DNA of 64,000 nucleotides from Christensenellales bacterium. Lineage in GTDB: Bacteria > Bacillota > Clostridia > Christensenellales > UBA3700. Positions within the stretch are counted from its first letter, which is position 1, and each line of letters opens with the position of its first letter. The translations under genes and the position numbers were made by a program. Positions 1 to 9,287 of the stretch are shown in pieces. The stretch is taken from assembly GCA_051883415.1 (NCBI GenBank), contig JBJETR010000072.1, positions 118,217 to 182,216 of the forward strand. Direction: 5' to 3'. The notes under the pieces were generated by a model. It did not search any database and was not told where the DNA came from. It saw only the letters and a list, made by a program, of their open reading frames with translations.

Positions 1-1153
1 TCTTGACGAGTTCTCTCGTAGTGATGACGAGGTCGGTCTCTTGTCTGCCGTCTGCTGCGGTAAACTCAGGTCTGTCGGCTTCGTACTTCTTAGCCGTACA
101 AGGCATAATTGCTACGACGTAAGTCTCTTTGCCGTCGTCTTTCTTATTGTAGTAGTCTTTGATTACACTACTAAACATACTCATTGGACTACGACAAGTG
201 GATACGTTAGGCTTAAGCTCGGGGTGCATCTTTTCTACGTACTGTATCCAACCCGGACAGCAAGAGGTAAACATTGGGAACACGCCGTTGTTGTTGAGTC
301 TATCCAAGAATTCGTTGGACTCTTCGATAACCGTCAAGTCGGCACTCAAAGAAGTGTCGTAGACCTCGTCAAAGCCGAGTTTATGAAGTGCCGCCACAGT
401 CTTACCGAGTCCGTTCCTACCCGCCTCGAAACCAAACTCTTCGCCTATTGCCACTCTTACGGCAGGAGCAATCTGCGCCACTATACGCTTGCCCTCTTTG
501 TTGCCAAGCAAATGCCACAACTTGTCGGTCTGGTTGTTGATGACGATAGCACCCGTAGGGCATACCGCCGCACATTGACCGCAGTTGACACAGTTGCTCT
601 CTGCAAGTGGACGATTGAAGGCAGGAGTCACTCTGACCTCACTACCTCTATGCGCAAAGTCGATAGCACCGATACCTTGCACTTCGCTGCACATACGCAC
701 GCAGTCGCCGCACAAGATACATTTGTTAGGATCTCTGACGATACCCTTGGCGCTCTTGTCTATCTCTGCTTTTGGACGAGTGTCCTCAAACCTTATCTTT
801 TTGATGCCGAACTTGGCTGCCAATTCTTGCAGACGGCAGTTGCCGTTTCTCTCGCAAGTGGTGCAATCTTTGCAGTGGCTGGCAAGCAAAAGCTCCAGAA
901 TCATCTTACGATGTTTGTGCAACCTCTCGGTGTTGGTCTTGATAACCATGCCGTCCTTAGGCGGAGTGGAGCAAGAAGCATGAATGCTTCCTCTATCGTC
1001 TTCTACCACGCACATACGGCACGCACCATATATGGACAAGTCGGAGTTGTAGCAGAAGGTTGGCAATTCGATGCCTGCTTTTCTGATGACTGCGAGTATG
1101 TTTTGCTCGTCGGTAAACTCTACTCTATGTCCGTCGATAATCATTATTCCCAT
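1..1153 (-). CDS. hydA: [FeFe]-hydrogenase catalytic subunit (HydA/HndD type), N-terminal ~384 aa; C-terminus lies beyond the window start
   Basis: Absent from the supplied ORF track because it runs off the window. My reverse-complement reading from the ATG at 1153..1151 gives MGIMIIDGHRVEFTDEQNILAVIRKAGIELPTFCYNSDLSIYGACRMC (2Fe-2S ferredoxin-like N-terminus). Cys-rich 4Fe-4S motifs follow, then the H-cluster motif FTSCCPGW encoded at 248..271. It starts 3 nt after the stop of the NuoF-like gene. Confidence 0.85.
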   Translation of the reverse strand, partial: MGIMIIDGHRVEFTDEQNILAVIRKAGIELPTFCYNSDLSIYGACRMCVVEDDRGSIHASCSTPPKDGMVIKTNTERLHKHRKMILELLLASHCKDCTTCERNGNCRLQELAAKFGIKKIRFEDTRPKAEIDKSAKGIVRDPNKCILCGDCVRMCSEVQGIGAIDFAHRGSEVRVTPAFNRPLAESNCVNCGQCAAVCPTGAIVINNQTDKLWHLLGNKEGKRIVAQIAPAVRVAIGEEFGFEAGRNGLGKTVAALHKLGFDEVYDTSLSADLTVIEESNEFLDRLNNNGVFPMFTSCCPGWIQYVEKMHPELKPNVSTCRSPMSMFSSVIKDYYNKKDDGKETYVVAIMPCTAKKYEADRPEFTAADGRQETDLVITTRELVK

Positions 1154-1156
1154 TGC

Positions 1157-3034
1157 TTAGTCCTCCTTTATTGCCTTAAACGGACAAGCCGTCTCGCACG
1201 CACCGCACTTGATACACTTGTTAGGATCTATCTTGAACGGCTTTTTGATTTCGCCGCTTATAGCCATAACAGGGCATTGTCTTGCACACTTGCTACAGCC
1301 TCTACATACCTCAGGATCGATGTAGATTGTCTTAAGCTTGCTACATACGTGGGTAGGGCACTTCTTGTCAACCACGTGAGCCACGTACTCGTCTCTAAAG
1401 TATTTGAGAGTGCTGATAACAGGTCCCGCAGCCGTCTTACCTAGTCCGCACAGAGCCGTTGCGCTGATAGTTTCGGCAAGCTCCATCAACATATCGAGGT
1501 CCTCGAGCTGTCCTTGTCCCGCTACTATTCTTTCGAGAATTTCTTTCATTCTCTTGGTGCCTTCTCTACATGGCACGCACTTGCCACAAGACTCGTTTTG
1601 AGTAAAGTTCATGAAGAAGCGTGCAACTTCTACCATACAAGTGTCCTCGTCCATAACTACGAGTCCACCGCTACCTATCATCGCACCCACCTTTTTGAGT
1701 GAGTCGAAGTCGAGAGGAAGGTCGAGATGCTCTTCAGTCAAACAACCGCCCGACGGTCCGCCTATCTGCACTGCTTTAAACTTTTTGTCGTTTTTGATAC
1801 CGCCACCGATATCGAACACGACTTCTCTCAAAGTCGTACCCATTGGTACTTCGATAAGTCCCGTATTGCGCACGTTGCCGGTAAGTGCAAAGGCTTTAGT
1901 TCCCGGACTGTTGGCAGGACCTATACCCAAAAACCACTCTGCGCCGTTGACTATGATGAGCGGTACTGTCGAGAAGGTCTCAACGTTGTTGAGCACGGTA
2001 GGCTTGCCAAACAGACCTGCTTCTACGGTACGAGGCGGCTTGACTCTAGGCATACCTCTATTACCTTCGATAGACGCCGTCATTGCGCTACCTTCACCGC
2101 AGACGAATGCGCCCGCGCCTTGGTTGATGTGAATGTCGAAACTAAATCCGCTACCAAGTATATTTTTGCCCAAAAGTCCGACTTCTTTGGCTTGTTCTAC
2201 CGCCTTGTGCAGACGAGATACTGCCAAAGGATATTCTGCTCTTACGTAGATATAGCCCGTATCGGCACCCGTGGCGATACCTGCTATCATCATACCCTCT
2301 AGTACGGAATGCGGATTGCCTTCCATAATACTACGGTCCATGAACGCACCAGGATCACCCTCGTCGCCGTTGCAGACTATGTACTTTTGTTGTTGCTTTT
2401 GTCTGGCTACTTGCGCCCACTTGCGTCCCGTAGGATATCCGCCACCGCCTCTACCTCTGAGGTTGGAAGTAACCATAGTGTCGCAAATCTCTTGCGAAGT
2501 CATGTGGAAAAGCGCCTTTTCCAACGCACTATATCCGCCCTTGGCGATGTACTCGCCTATGTCCTCTGCGTCAATGTGTCCGCAGTTGGCAAGTACGGTA
2601 CGAGTTTGCTTAGCATAGAAAGGAATGTCGTCTTGCTTGGCAAAAGCCACATTGTTTTCGTAGATAAGTCTGGTGATAAGTTCATCGCCCGCAATAGATT
2701 TGTCTACTATCTCCTCGCAATCTTCGAGTTTTACTTTGGTGTATAGCCAGCCCATCGGATCTATTCTAAGCAACGGACCAAGCTCGCAAAAGCCGTTACA
2801 ACCGCTCTTTTTGACGCCAATTCCGCTGTGGTCGACGTGACTCTCCAGCGATACTTGAACGTCAATACCTTTGGCTTGGCACAATTCGATTATGCGATGA
2901 TAAATCTTGTCGGAACCGCCTGCAAGACAACCCGTACCGGCACAAACCAAGACCTTTTTCTTTTGGCTCTCTAGGCTTTCTTTGCACGTTTCTCTAAAAA
3001 CTTTGAGTTCGACGTCGCTCTTAAACTTTTCCAT
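1157..3034 (-). CDS. hydB: NADH-binding NuoF-like subunit of electron-bifurcating [FeFe]-hydrogenase (HydB/HndC)
   Basis: 625 aa. Contains the NuoF-type FMN/NADH motifs (GRGGGGYPTGRKW, CNGDEGDPGAF), the SLBB/4Fe-4S segment ESCGKCVPCREG, and two C-terminal ferredoxin CxxCxxCxxxCP motifs. An N-terminal thioredoxin-like 2Fe-2S domain is present. Sits between the NuoE-like and HydA genes. Confidence 0.93.
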   Translation of the reverse strand: MEKFKSDVELKVFRETCKESLESQKKKVLVCAGTGCLAGGSDKIYHRIIELCQAKGIDVQVSLESHVDHSGIGVKKSGCNGFCELGPLLRIDPMGWLYTKVKLEDCEEIVDKSIAGDELITRLIYENNVAFAKQDDIPFYAKQTRTVLANCGHIDAEDIGEYIAKGGYSALEKALFHMTSQEICDTMVTSNLRGRGGGGYPTGRKWAQVARQKQQQKYIVCNGDEGDPGAFMDRSIMEGNPHSVLEGMMIAGIATGADTGYIYVRAEYPLAVSRLHKAVEQAKEVGLLGKNILGSGFSFDIHINQGAGAFVCGEGSAMTASIEGNRGMPRVKPPRTVEAGLFGKPTVLNNVETFSTVPLIIVNGAEWFLGIGPANSPGTKAFALTGNVRNTGLIEVPMGTTLREVVFDIGGGIKNDKKFKAVQIGGPSGGCLTEEHLDLPLDFDSLKKVGAMIGSGGLVVMDEDTCMVEVARFFMNFTQNESCGKCVPCREGTKRMKEILERIVAGQGQLEDLDMLMELAETISATALCGLGKTAAGPVISTLKYFRDEYVAHVVDKKCPTHVCSKLKTIYIDPEVCRGCSKCARQCPVMAISGEIKKPFKIDPNKCIKCGACETACPFKAIKED

Positions 3035-3503
3035 TTTCTTTCTCCTTAATCTCTTTGATGAGTGCCTTGACTTTGTCAGGCGTCATTGCAGGATAAACCA
3101 CGTCGTTGAGAGTCAACACGGGTGCAAGTCCGCACGCACCGAGGCAAGACACCGTCTCTATCGTAAACATAAGGTCGTCGGTCGTGTCTTGATTGATAAG
3201 TCCGAGTTCTCCGCGCAAAGCGTTGATAACGGCGGTGGACTTACGCACGTGGCAAGCCGTGCCGTCGCATACTCTAAATACGTATTTTCCCTTTGGCTCA
3301 AGCGAAAAGTTTTCGTAAAAAGTCGCTACACTGTAAATTTTGGCAGGACTGATTTGCAATTTCTTAGCAACGTATTCCATAACTTCCTGGGACAAATATC
3401 TATACTTGCCCTGAATTTGTTGCAAAATGCTGATGAGATTGGTGGCACTGTTGTCGTTGGCTTGCAAAATCTCGTCAATGACAGTGCAATCTTCTATATT
3501 CAT
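3021..3503 (-). CDS. hydC: NuoE-like 2Fe-2S subunit of [FeFe]-hydrogenase (HydC/HndA)
   Basis: 160 aa with the NuoE pattern (ILQQIQ..YLSQE, RVCDGTACHV, SCLGACGLAPV). Overlaps hydB by 14 nt. RBS GGAGGAAGTT lies before the ATG. Confidence 0.9.
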   Translation of the reverse strand: MNIEDCTVIDEILQANDNSATNLISILQQIQGKYRYLSQEVMEYVAKKLQISPAKIYSVATFYENFSLEPKGKYVFRVCDGTACHVRKSTAVINALRGELGLINQDTTDDLMFTIETVSCLGACGLAPVLTLNDVVYPAMTPDKVKALIKEIKEKENGKV

Positions 3504-3531
3504 AACTTCCTCCGTCTAAGTAACTGCCACC

Positions 3532-3560
3532 ATTATATCAAATAATATATATAAAGACAA
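3532..3560 (-). promoter_or_regulatory. Sigma-A type promoter of hydCBA (TTGTCT-17 nt-TATAAT on the minus strand)
   Basis: On the plus strand AGACAA is at 3555..3560 and ATTATA at 3532..3537, with an exact 17-nt spacer. It lies about 30 nt upstream of the hydC ATG. Confidence 0.6.
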
Positions 3561-3576
3561 CACAATAGTCCAAAGT

Positions 3577-3594
3577 TTGTGACAAAAATAACAA
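3577..3594 (-). promoter_or_regulatory. Candidate Rex (redox-sensing repressor) operator
   Basis: The minus strand reads TTGTTATTTTTGTCACAA. I count 16 of 18 matches to the Rex consensus TTGT(G/T)AANNNNTT(C/A)ACAA. It lies 16 nt upstream of the -35 of the hydrogenase promoter. Confidence 0.5.
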
Positions 3595-3650
3595 TTATTT
3601 TCTATTATCTTTTTTCTCGTTCTATTTTTCTACTTATTTCTCGATATCAA

Positions 3651-3685
3651 AGACAAAACAGACGGCAAAAAGCCGTCTGTTTTTG
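3651..3685 (-). terminator. Rho-independent terminator after upp (symmetric, possibly bidirectional)
   Basis: ACAGACGGC (3658..3666), loop AAAAA, GCCGTCTGT (3672..3680). A/T runs flank both sides. Confidence 0.8.
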
Positions 3686-3700
3686 ATGATTTTTGTATAA

Positions 3701-4339
3701 TTATTTCGTACCGAAGAGTCTGTCGCCCGCATCGCCGAGTCCCGGGAGGATATAGCAATGCTCGTTGAGCTCTCTATCCAAAGTGGACACGTAAACCTTG
3801 ACGTCGGGGTGGTCGCCGGCTACTCTCTTCAATCCTGCAGGCGCAGCGATGATGCTCATCATGGTGATATCCTTGACGCCTTGCTTTTTGAGGAAGCCGA
3901 TTGCTTCACTAGCACTACCGCCCGTGGCTAGCATTGGATCGAGCAAAAATACCTTCATATTTTCGATGCCTTGAGGTAACTTGCAGTAGTATGCTTGTGG
4001 CTCCATAGTTTCTTCGTCACGATACATGCCGATATGCCCCACTTTGGCGGTTGGCAAAAGGGTATGTATACCGTTGACCATTCCAAGACCTGCTCTAAGG
4101 ATAGGCACGATAGCTACCGACTTCTCCACTATCATAGTTTGGGTGCAAACCTCAAGCGGAGTCTCTATCTCCACTTCTTTGGTAGGGATATCCTTGAGTG
4201 CCTCGAAAGCCATAATGGAAGTAATCTCTTCTACGAGCTCTCTAAACTCTTTCATTCCCGTATTTTTGTCTCTCAAATGTGCGATTTTGTGCTTGATGAG
4301 AGGGTGGTCGAACACCATTACGTTTGGATAATCTTTCAT
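3701..4339 (-). CDS. upp: Uracil phosphoribosyltransferase
   Basis: 212 aa. Full-length Upp pattern ([46 protein letters not shown]). Confidence 0.96.
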   Translation of the reverse strand: MKDYPNVMVFDHPLIKHKIAHLRDKNTGMKEFRELVEEITSIMAFEALKDIPTKEVEIETPLEVCTQTMIVEKSVAIVPILRAGLGMVNGIHTLLPTAKVGHIGMYRDEETMEPQAYYCKLPQGIENMKVFLLDPMLATGGSASEAIGFLKKQGVKDITMMSIIAAPAGLKRVAGDHPDVKVYVSTLDRELNEHCYILPGLGDAGDRLFGTK

Positions 4340-4356
4340 AATTTTCTCCTATTATT

Positions 4357-5778
4357 TTAGTTGTTGTCCACGCTTTCGGTAGCAACGGTTTCTTCTGCTA
4401 CGGCTTCTTCGGTTGCTTCTTCGCTCTTGACGAGTTCTCCGCCGTAAGCACTACCAACGATAGACTCTTGCTTATTCTTGCCTCTGCCAATCATAAAGAT
4501 TGCGTTGAGAATGATACCGATGAAGGTAGCTACTGCGAGTGCCGAGAAGCTGAGTATACCGATGTTGAGAGTTTTGCCTGCCGCACTCATACCAATACCG
4601 ATAACGAGGATTACGGAACATACAATCATATTCTTACTATCGGAGAAGTCAACCTTTGCTTCTACTATGGTCTTAAGTCCGTTGGCTGCAATCATACCGT
4701 AAAGGATGAGCGAAGCACCGCCGATTACAGGAGCAGGGATTGTGCCGAGCACTGCGCCGAACTTGCTGAAAATACCGAGTACCACAGCAAAGATACCCGC
4801 AACGAACAATACGTTAGGATTGTAGTTTTTGGTGAGGGAAAGAACTGCGGTATTCTCGCCGTAAGTGGTGTTGCAAGGACCGCCGATAAGACCTGCAGCC
4901 ATGGTTGCTACGCCGTCGCCGAGCAAGGTGCGATGTACGCCCGGATCGGTGATGAAGTCCTTGCCGCAAACGATAGAACTTGCATTGACGTCGCCGAGGT
5001 GTTCCATAAAGGTAACGATAGCGATTGGTGCAAACATCAATATAACTTTGGCTAGGTCTGCATTCCAAATCTTGCCGAGAGAGCCGTACCAGCCGAATGC
5101 CTTAGTAAACTCGCTTGGTTGGAACAAAATCCAGCCGCTATTGATTACGGTGTCAAAGCTGACGATACCGAAGCAAAGCGCAACGATATAGCCTACTACG
5201 ATACCGAGCAATACGGGGATAATCTTGAAGAAGCCCTTGGCAAATACCGAAAATCCGATGATGGTTGCCGCCGTTGCAATACCTGCAACTACGTAGCCGA
5301 TAGTTTGCGTAGAGGTTGCGTCGGCTGGTGCAACGAAGTTGTTGATTGCAACAGGTGCAAGGCACATACCGATAACGATGATTACCGGACCTACTACGAT
5401 AGGTGGGAAAAGTTTACGTATAAAGTTGGTGCCGACAAGCTTGATAATCAGCGACAAGATTACGTAAACAAGACCTGTGCAAAGTACTGCGATACTGAGT
5501 TGCGCCATAGCGTAATTCCAAGTTTCCGAACCTATCTCTCCAGCATTGCCCATTTGCATCTGCAATGCAGACAAAAACGCAAAGCTTGAACCTAAGAATA
5601 CAGGTACCTTACGCTTGGTGATGAAGTAAAAAATAATCGTACCTATACCTGCCGAGATAAGAGCGATTGAGATACTCATATTGGCAAGAATCGGTACGAG
5701 AATGGTTGCGCCGAGCATTGCGAAAACGTGTTGGAAGCTTAAGACGGCTTCTCTTGGTGTAATAAAACCTTTTTTCAT
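4357..5778 (-). CDS. uraA: Uracil/xanthine permease (NCS2 family) with an acidic C-terminal tail
   Basis: Polytopic NCS2 pattern (QHVFAMLGATILVP, GENTAVLSLTK). I prefer the start at MKKGF (5778) because AGGGGA sits upstream; the track start at 5841 has no RBS. Sits immediately upstream of upp. Confidence 0.88.
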   Translation of the reverse strand: MKKGFITPREAVLSFQHVFAMLGATILVPILANMSISIALISAGIGTIIFYFITKRKVPVFLGSSFAFLSALQMQMGNAGEIGSETWNYAMAQLSIAVLCTGLVYVILSLIIKLVGTNFIRKLFPPIVVGPVIIVIGMCLAPVAINNFVAPADATSTQTIGYVVAGIATAATIIGFSVFAKGFFKIIPVLLGIVVGYIVALCFGIVSFDTVINSGWILFQPSEFTKAFGWYGSLGKIWNADLAKVILMFAPIAIVTFMEHLGDVNASSIVCGKDFITDPGVHRTLLGDGVATMAAGLIGGPCNTTYGENTAVLSLTKNYNPNVLFVAGIFAVVLGIFSKFGAVLGTIPAPVIGGASLILYGMIAANGLKTIVEAKVDFSDSKNMIVCSVILVIGIGMSAAGKTLNIGILSFSALAVATFIGIILNAIFMIGRGKNKQESIVGSAYGGELVKSEEATEEAVAEETVATESVDNN

Positions 5779-5934
5779 AAGTTTTCCCCTTTGTAAATTT
5801 TCTTTTACAATTATTTTACACCAAATAATGCTGTTAGACAATAATATTTTTATTTTTTTTATAATTTTTTTATTTTATCAATTCATTAGTATTTAGATGT
5901 CGGATAGGCGTCGTTTTTGCTATTCGATTAACTC

Positions 5935-6936
5935 TCAAGTTTCCTCTACGAACTCTCCGTCGACAGCCGACTGATACATCATCCAATATCCTCTACCATT
6001 CTCTACGATTGGCAGCCATTGTCTGCAAGTCGAGTTGCAAGGCGGCGGATTGGAGTCGTCCTTGTCGGGCACGCCGTAGCATATAATTTGCGGCACGCCG
6101 TCGTAATAAATTATTCCTGTAACGTAATAGCCCTCTTCTCCCGTAGGCACTCTCACCCACTTACTGTTTTCGATTAGTCTTTCTAACTCTTCGTCGGCTT
6201 GATAAGTCTCGAATAATTTGTCGAGTTCGTCTTTGATAGAGTTATAAAAGTCCGTAGAAGGCTTCTGCTCCTCGCCCGCATTTTCGCTCACGTCGTTTGG
6301 CATATCTTCTTTTGTCCTCTCTATCCGTTCGAACTTATTTTCACTCGCTTGCATGGTAGGTTGTGTCTCTTGCACAACCTCTTGCTCACTCGTTGAGGCT
6401 TCGTTGCACTCCTCCCTCTCGTCGTGAGACTCTATCCTTTCTTCTAAGCGGTGAGTCTCTTGGTGGATTATTTCTCGGTCTTGACGACTGATAGAAGATT
6501 TTTGCTCATCATTTTTCACTTGCTCTCGAGCTATAGTAACGTCTCTATTTTGCTCTACGATAGATTGTCGTTGATGAGATTTTTGGGGATACGTATCGAC
6601 TTTTTGGCTATTATCGTACTTGCTCGCCCTGTTGAATATCTCTCTGAGAATATACGATTGACCGAGAGAAGAGCCGTTGACGCTACCCTTGGCTATTATT
6701 CGGTCTCCCTCCATTGCTACCACCGTAATCGTAGCGTTCACGTCAACGTCGTCTATATTAGCCACGCTGTCGCAATCACCGAGATATGCCAATCTATCCC
6801 CTTCGAATATTCCGATTAGTGCATCCTTTGCCTCGTTGATTTTTACTTTGGCAATGCACTTGTCACTCAACTTCTCTATTTTGACGTACCCCGTCGTATC
6901 TCCGCTAAGTACGATAAGTTTTTTATTGATAAACAT
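5935..6936 (-). CDS. Hypothetical protein with a beta-rich N-terminus, an acidic/polar low-complexity centre and a conserved-looking Cys/Trp/Tyr-rich C-terminus
   Basis: Uninterrupted ORF. The ATG at 6936 is preceded by AGGAGGGG; the track start at 6951 is a GTG. The C-terminus reads YYVTGIIYYDGVPQIICYGVPD...CRQWLPIVENGRGYWMMYQSAVDGE. I could not assign a family. Confidence 0.6.
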   Translation of the reverse strand: MFINKKLIVLSGDTTGYVKIEKLSDKCIAKVKINEAKDALIGIFEGDRLAYLGDCDSVANIDDVDVNATITVVAMEGDRIIAKGSVNGSSLGQSYILREIFNRASKYDNSQKVDTYPQKSHQRQSIVEQNRDVTIAREQVKNDEQKSSISRQDREIIHQETHRLEERIESHDEREECNEASTSEQEVVQETQPTMQASENKFERIERTKEDMPNDVSENAGEEQKPSTDFYNSIKDELDKLFETYQADEELERLIENSKWVRVPTGEEGYYVTGIIYYDGVPQIICYGVPDKDDSNPPPCNSTCRQWLPIVENGRGYWMMYQSAVDGEFVEET

Positions 6937-7091
6937 AGCCCCTCCTATCACAATAGACTATGCCTAAGAGAATTGTATTATTACTTCTTATCTATACGAT
7001 AAGACGATATTTTGTAGAATAATGACAACAAAAAACGGACGTCTAAGTCCGCTTATATATTATAATATTTATCGATATTGTTATCAACGTA

Positions 7092-7913
7092 TTATATTGA
7101 CAGTTTGTCCGAGAGCTCCACGTACTGCTGTAAGGACAAGTTCTCGCCCCTAACTCTAACGTCCAAGCCCATATCGGTGAGAGCCTTTTCCGCAACACTC
7201 CTCTCTACGCCCAACTGCATAAGATTGTTGACGAGCGTCTTCCTTCTCATAGCAAAGCCCGCCCTAATCACCTTCTTAACCTTAGCCTTGTCCACGCCCT
7301 CGTACTTGTCGTCCAAGTCGATACGTACGATACAACTGTCAACTTTGGGTTGTGGCACAAAGAGAGTCTTAGGCACGCTGCGAGTAATCTTTGCCTCGCC
7401 CTCCAAGGCAATGGCAAGAGTTATCACGCCGTAGTCACCGCTCCCTTCCTTGCTGACTATACGCTCACCTACTTCTTTTTGAATCATCACCGTCACGCTG
7501 TCGGGCTTGCGCTCGCTCTCCAAAAATCGCATTATGAGAGGAGTGGTGATGTAGTAAGGAAGATTGGCAACTACCTTGTACTTACTGCCCGTCATTGCAA
7601 TTAGTTCGTCTTCACTTACCTTTTGGAAGTCCTTGAAAATCACCTCAACCTTGTCGTCCAAGCCTTGTAGCGACTGAGACAAAATAGGTACGAGATTGCG
7701 GTCTATCTCAAAGGCATACACCTTTTTTGCAACGCTTGCAAGCTGTCTTGTCAACGTGCCTGCACCCGCACCAATCTCAACTACTACGTCATCGGAGGTA
7801 ATTCCGCTGTCCGCAACCATAGCTCCGAGAAGATTGACGTCGGTGATAAAGTTTTGTCCAAACTGCTTGTTGAATCTAAAGTTGTTGTCTCTTAGCAACT
7901 CGCTTATATTCAT
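7092..7913 (-). CDS. rsmA: 16S rRNA (adenine1518/1519-N6)-dimethyltransferase
   Basis: 273 aa. KsgA pattern (FGQNFI, VVEIGAGAGTLT, NLPYYITTP). ATGA overlap with the upstream radical SAM gene. Confidence 0.95.
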   Translation of the reverse strand: MNISELLRDNNFRFNKQFGQNFITDVNLLGAMVADSGITSDDVVVEIGAGAGTLTRQLASVAKKVYAFEIDRNLVPILSQSLQGLDDKVEVIFKDFQKVSEDELIAMTGSKYKVVANLPYYITTPLIMRFLESERKPDSVTVMIQKEVGERIVSKEGSGDYGVITLAIALEGEAKITRSVPKTLFVPQPKVDSCIVRIDLDDKYEGVDKAKVKKVIRAGFAMRRKTLVNNLMQLGVERSVAEKALTDMGLDVRVRGENLSLQQYVELSDKLSI

Positions 7914-8506
7914 AATAGCTCTCTCACTCTAAGCTTTGCGCCTATTTCTTTAGCAATATTGCCCGCTTTGTCTATCTCCTCTTGTCCTATACAATCCACT
8001 ACGCTAAGCACGACGTTGCCACCCGCTTTGACGCAACTTCTTGCAAAATCGAGCATAATATCAAACGCATCTAAGCCGTAATCGCTGTGACAAATAGCAT
8101 CGTACTTGACCTTGTCGGTAGCATTGAGCGAGATGTTGATTGTATCCATTATTTTACTCATCTCGCTAGATATATCTCTACCGTTGATTTGGCTGCCTTG
8201 TCCGTTGGTGTTGATACGAGTCTTGCCACCCTTAGAATGAACGTAATCACATATCTTGACTATCTCGTCGAACTTGTAGGTCGGCTCTCCGTATCCGCAA
8301 AATACCACCTCGCCGTATTTGGATATATCGAAGTCGCTCTCAAGTATATCTATGACTTGCTCGGCTGTCGGTTCATCCTTTATCCATAGGTCGCCGTAGA
8401 TAGGTTTGTCGTAATACCTCACGCAAAACTCGCACCTGTTGCTGCAACGATTGGTGAGATTGATATATAAATTGTTGTCCACGGTGTAGACGTATTTTTG
8501 TCCCAT
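7910..8506 (-). CDS. Radical SAM protein, TatD-associated family
   Basis: 198 aa with CxxxCxxC (CSNRCEFC) near the N-terminus and a GGKTRINTNG segment. Sits 10 nt downstream of tatD. From memory it fits the TIGRFAM model for TatD family-associated radical SAM proteins. Confidence 0.8.
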   Translation of the reverse strand: MGQKYVYTVDNNLYINLTNRCSNRCEFCVRYYDKPIYGDLWIKDEPTAEQVIDILESDFDISKYGEVVFCGYGEPTYKFDEIVKICDYVHSKGGKTRINTNGQGSQINGRDISSEMSKIMDTINISLNATDKVKYDAICHSDYGLDAFDIMLDFARSCVKAGGNVVLSVVDCIGQEEIDKAGNIAKEIGAKLRVRELL

Positions 8507-8516
8507 ACTTCCTCCG

Positions 8517-9287
8517 TCAATCTGCTATTTTGTAGAATAATCTCTTGGTGTTGGCGTTTGTTCTTTCTATTACGCTCTCCACGTCCTCGCCAAGCACTTC
8601 CGCCACCTTTTGCGCAACGAGGCTAACGTACTTAGGCATATTAGGCGTACCTCTAAACGGTACGGGCGTCATGTAAGGACAGTCGGTTTCCAACAAGAGC
8701 CTATCGGGGCTAATTGCTTTGATGACTTCTTCTTTTTTTGCGTTTTTGAAAGTTATCGCTCCGCCCAAAGCGTAATAACAGTCTAGCTTATCAAAAAGTT
8801 TTACGCTCTCTACCGAGCCACTGTAACAATGCAAAAGTATTCCTCTCTTTATACCGCTTGCATATTGCGACAATAGGTCGAAGGTGTCCTTATAACTCTC
8901 CCTTACGTGCAATACCACCGGCAAGTCGAGAGTGGTCGCAAGTCGGAGCTGTCTTTCGAATGCTACGAGCTGACTCTCTCTAGGCGGATCGGGATAGTGA
9001 TAGTCCAGCCCTATCTCGCCTAGTGCCACCACCTTGGGGTGAGTGGATAGTCTTCGATAGATTTCGAGATGCTCGTCAGTCAACTTTTCCGCCTCTTGAG
9101 GGTGGGTGCCTATTATTGCGTAGACGCCTGAGTTGTTCTCGGCTAGGTTTACGGCTCTTAGCGAACTGTCGCAATCGAACCCCACCTCGCAAAACTTCAT
9201 AGGAATATCCAACGTATCTTGCAATATTTGCGAGCGCAACTCGTCTAGTGCGCTGTCGTTGACGTGAGCGTGTGAGTCTATTATCAT
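8517..9287 (-). CDS. tatD: TatD-family metal-dependent hydrolase/DNase (YabD-like)
   Basis: 256 aa. IDSHAHV N-terminus, GEIGLDY, HCYSGS, ETDCPYM motifs. 4-nt overlap with metG. Confidence 0.93.
   Translation of the reverse strand: MIIDSHAHVNDSALDELRSQILQDTLDIPMKFCEVGFDCDSSLRAVNLAENNSGVYAIIGTHPQEAEKLTDEHLEIYRRLSTHPKVVALGEIGLDYHYPDPPRESQLVAFERQLRLATTLDLPVVLHVRESYKDTFDLLSQYASGIKRGILLHCYSGSVESVKLFDKLDCYYALGGAITFKNAKKEEVIKAISPDRLLLETDCPYMTPVPFRGTPNMPKYVSLVAQKVAEVLGEDVESVIERTNANTKRLFYKIAD

Noticed and set aside
41-1444. 467-aa plus-strand ORF at the window start (the longest track entry there)
   Set aside because: It is antisense to the hydA and hydB coding sequence. Its translation is low-complexity and Cys/His/Val/Leu-rich with no recognisable motif. 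The minus strand encodes textbook hydrogenase motifs (FTSCCPGW), so this is a shadow ORF.
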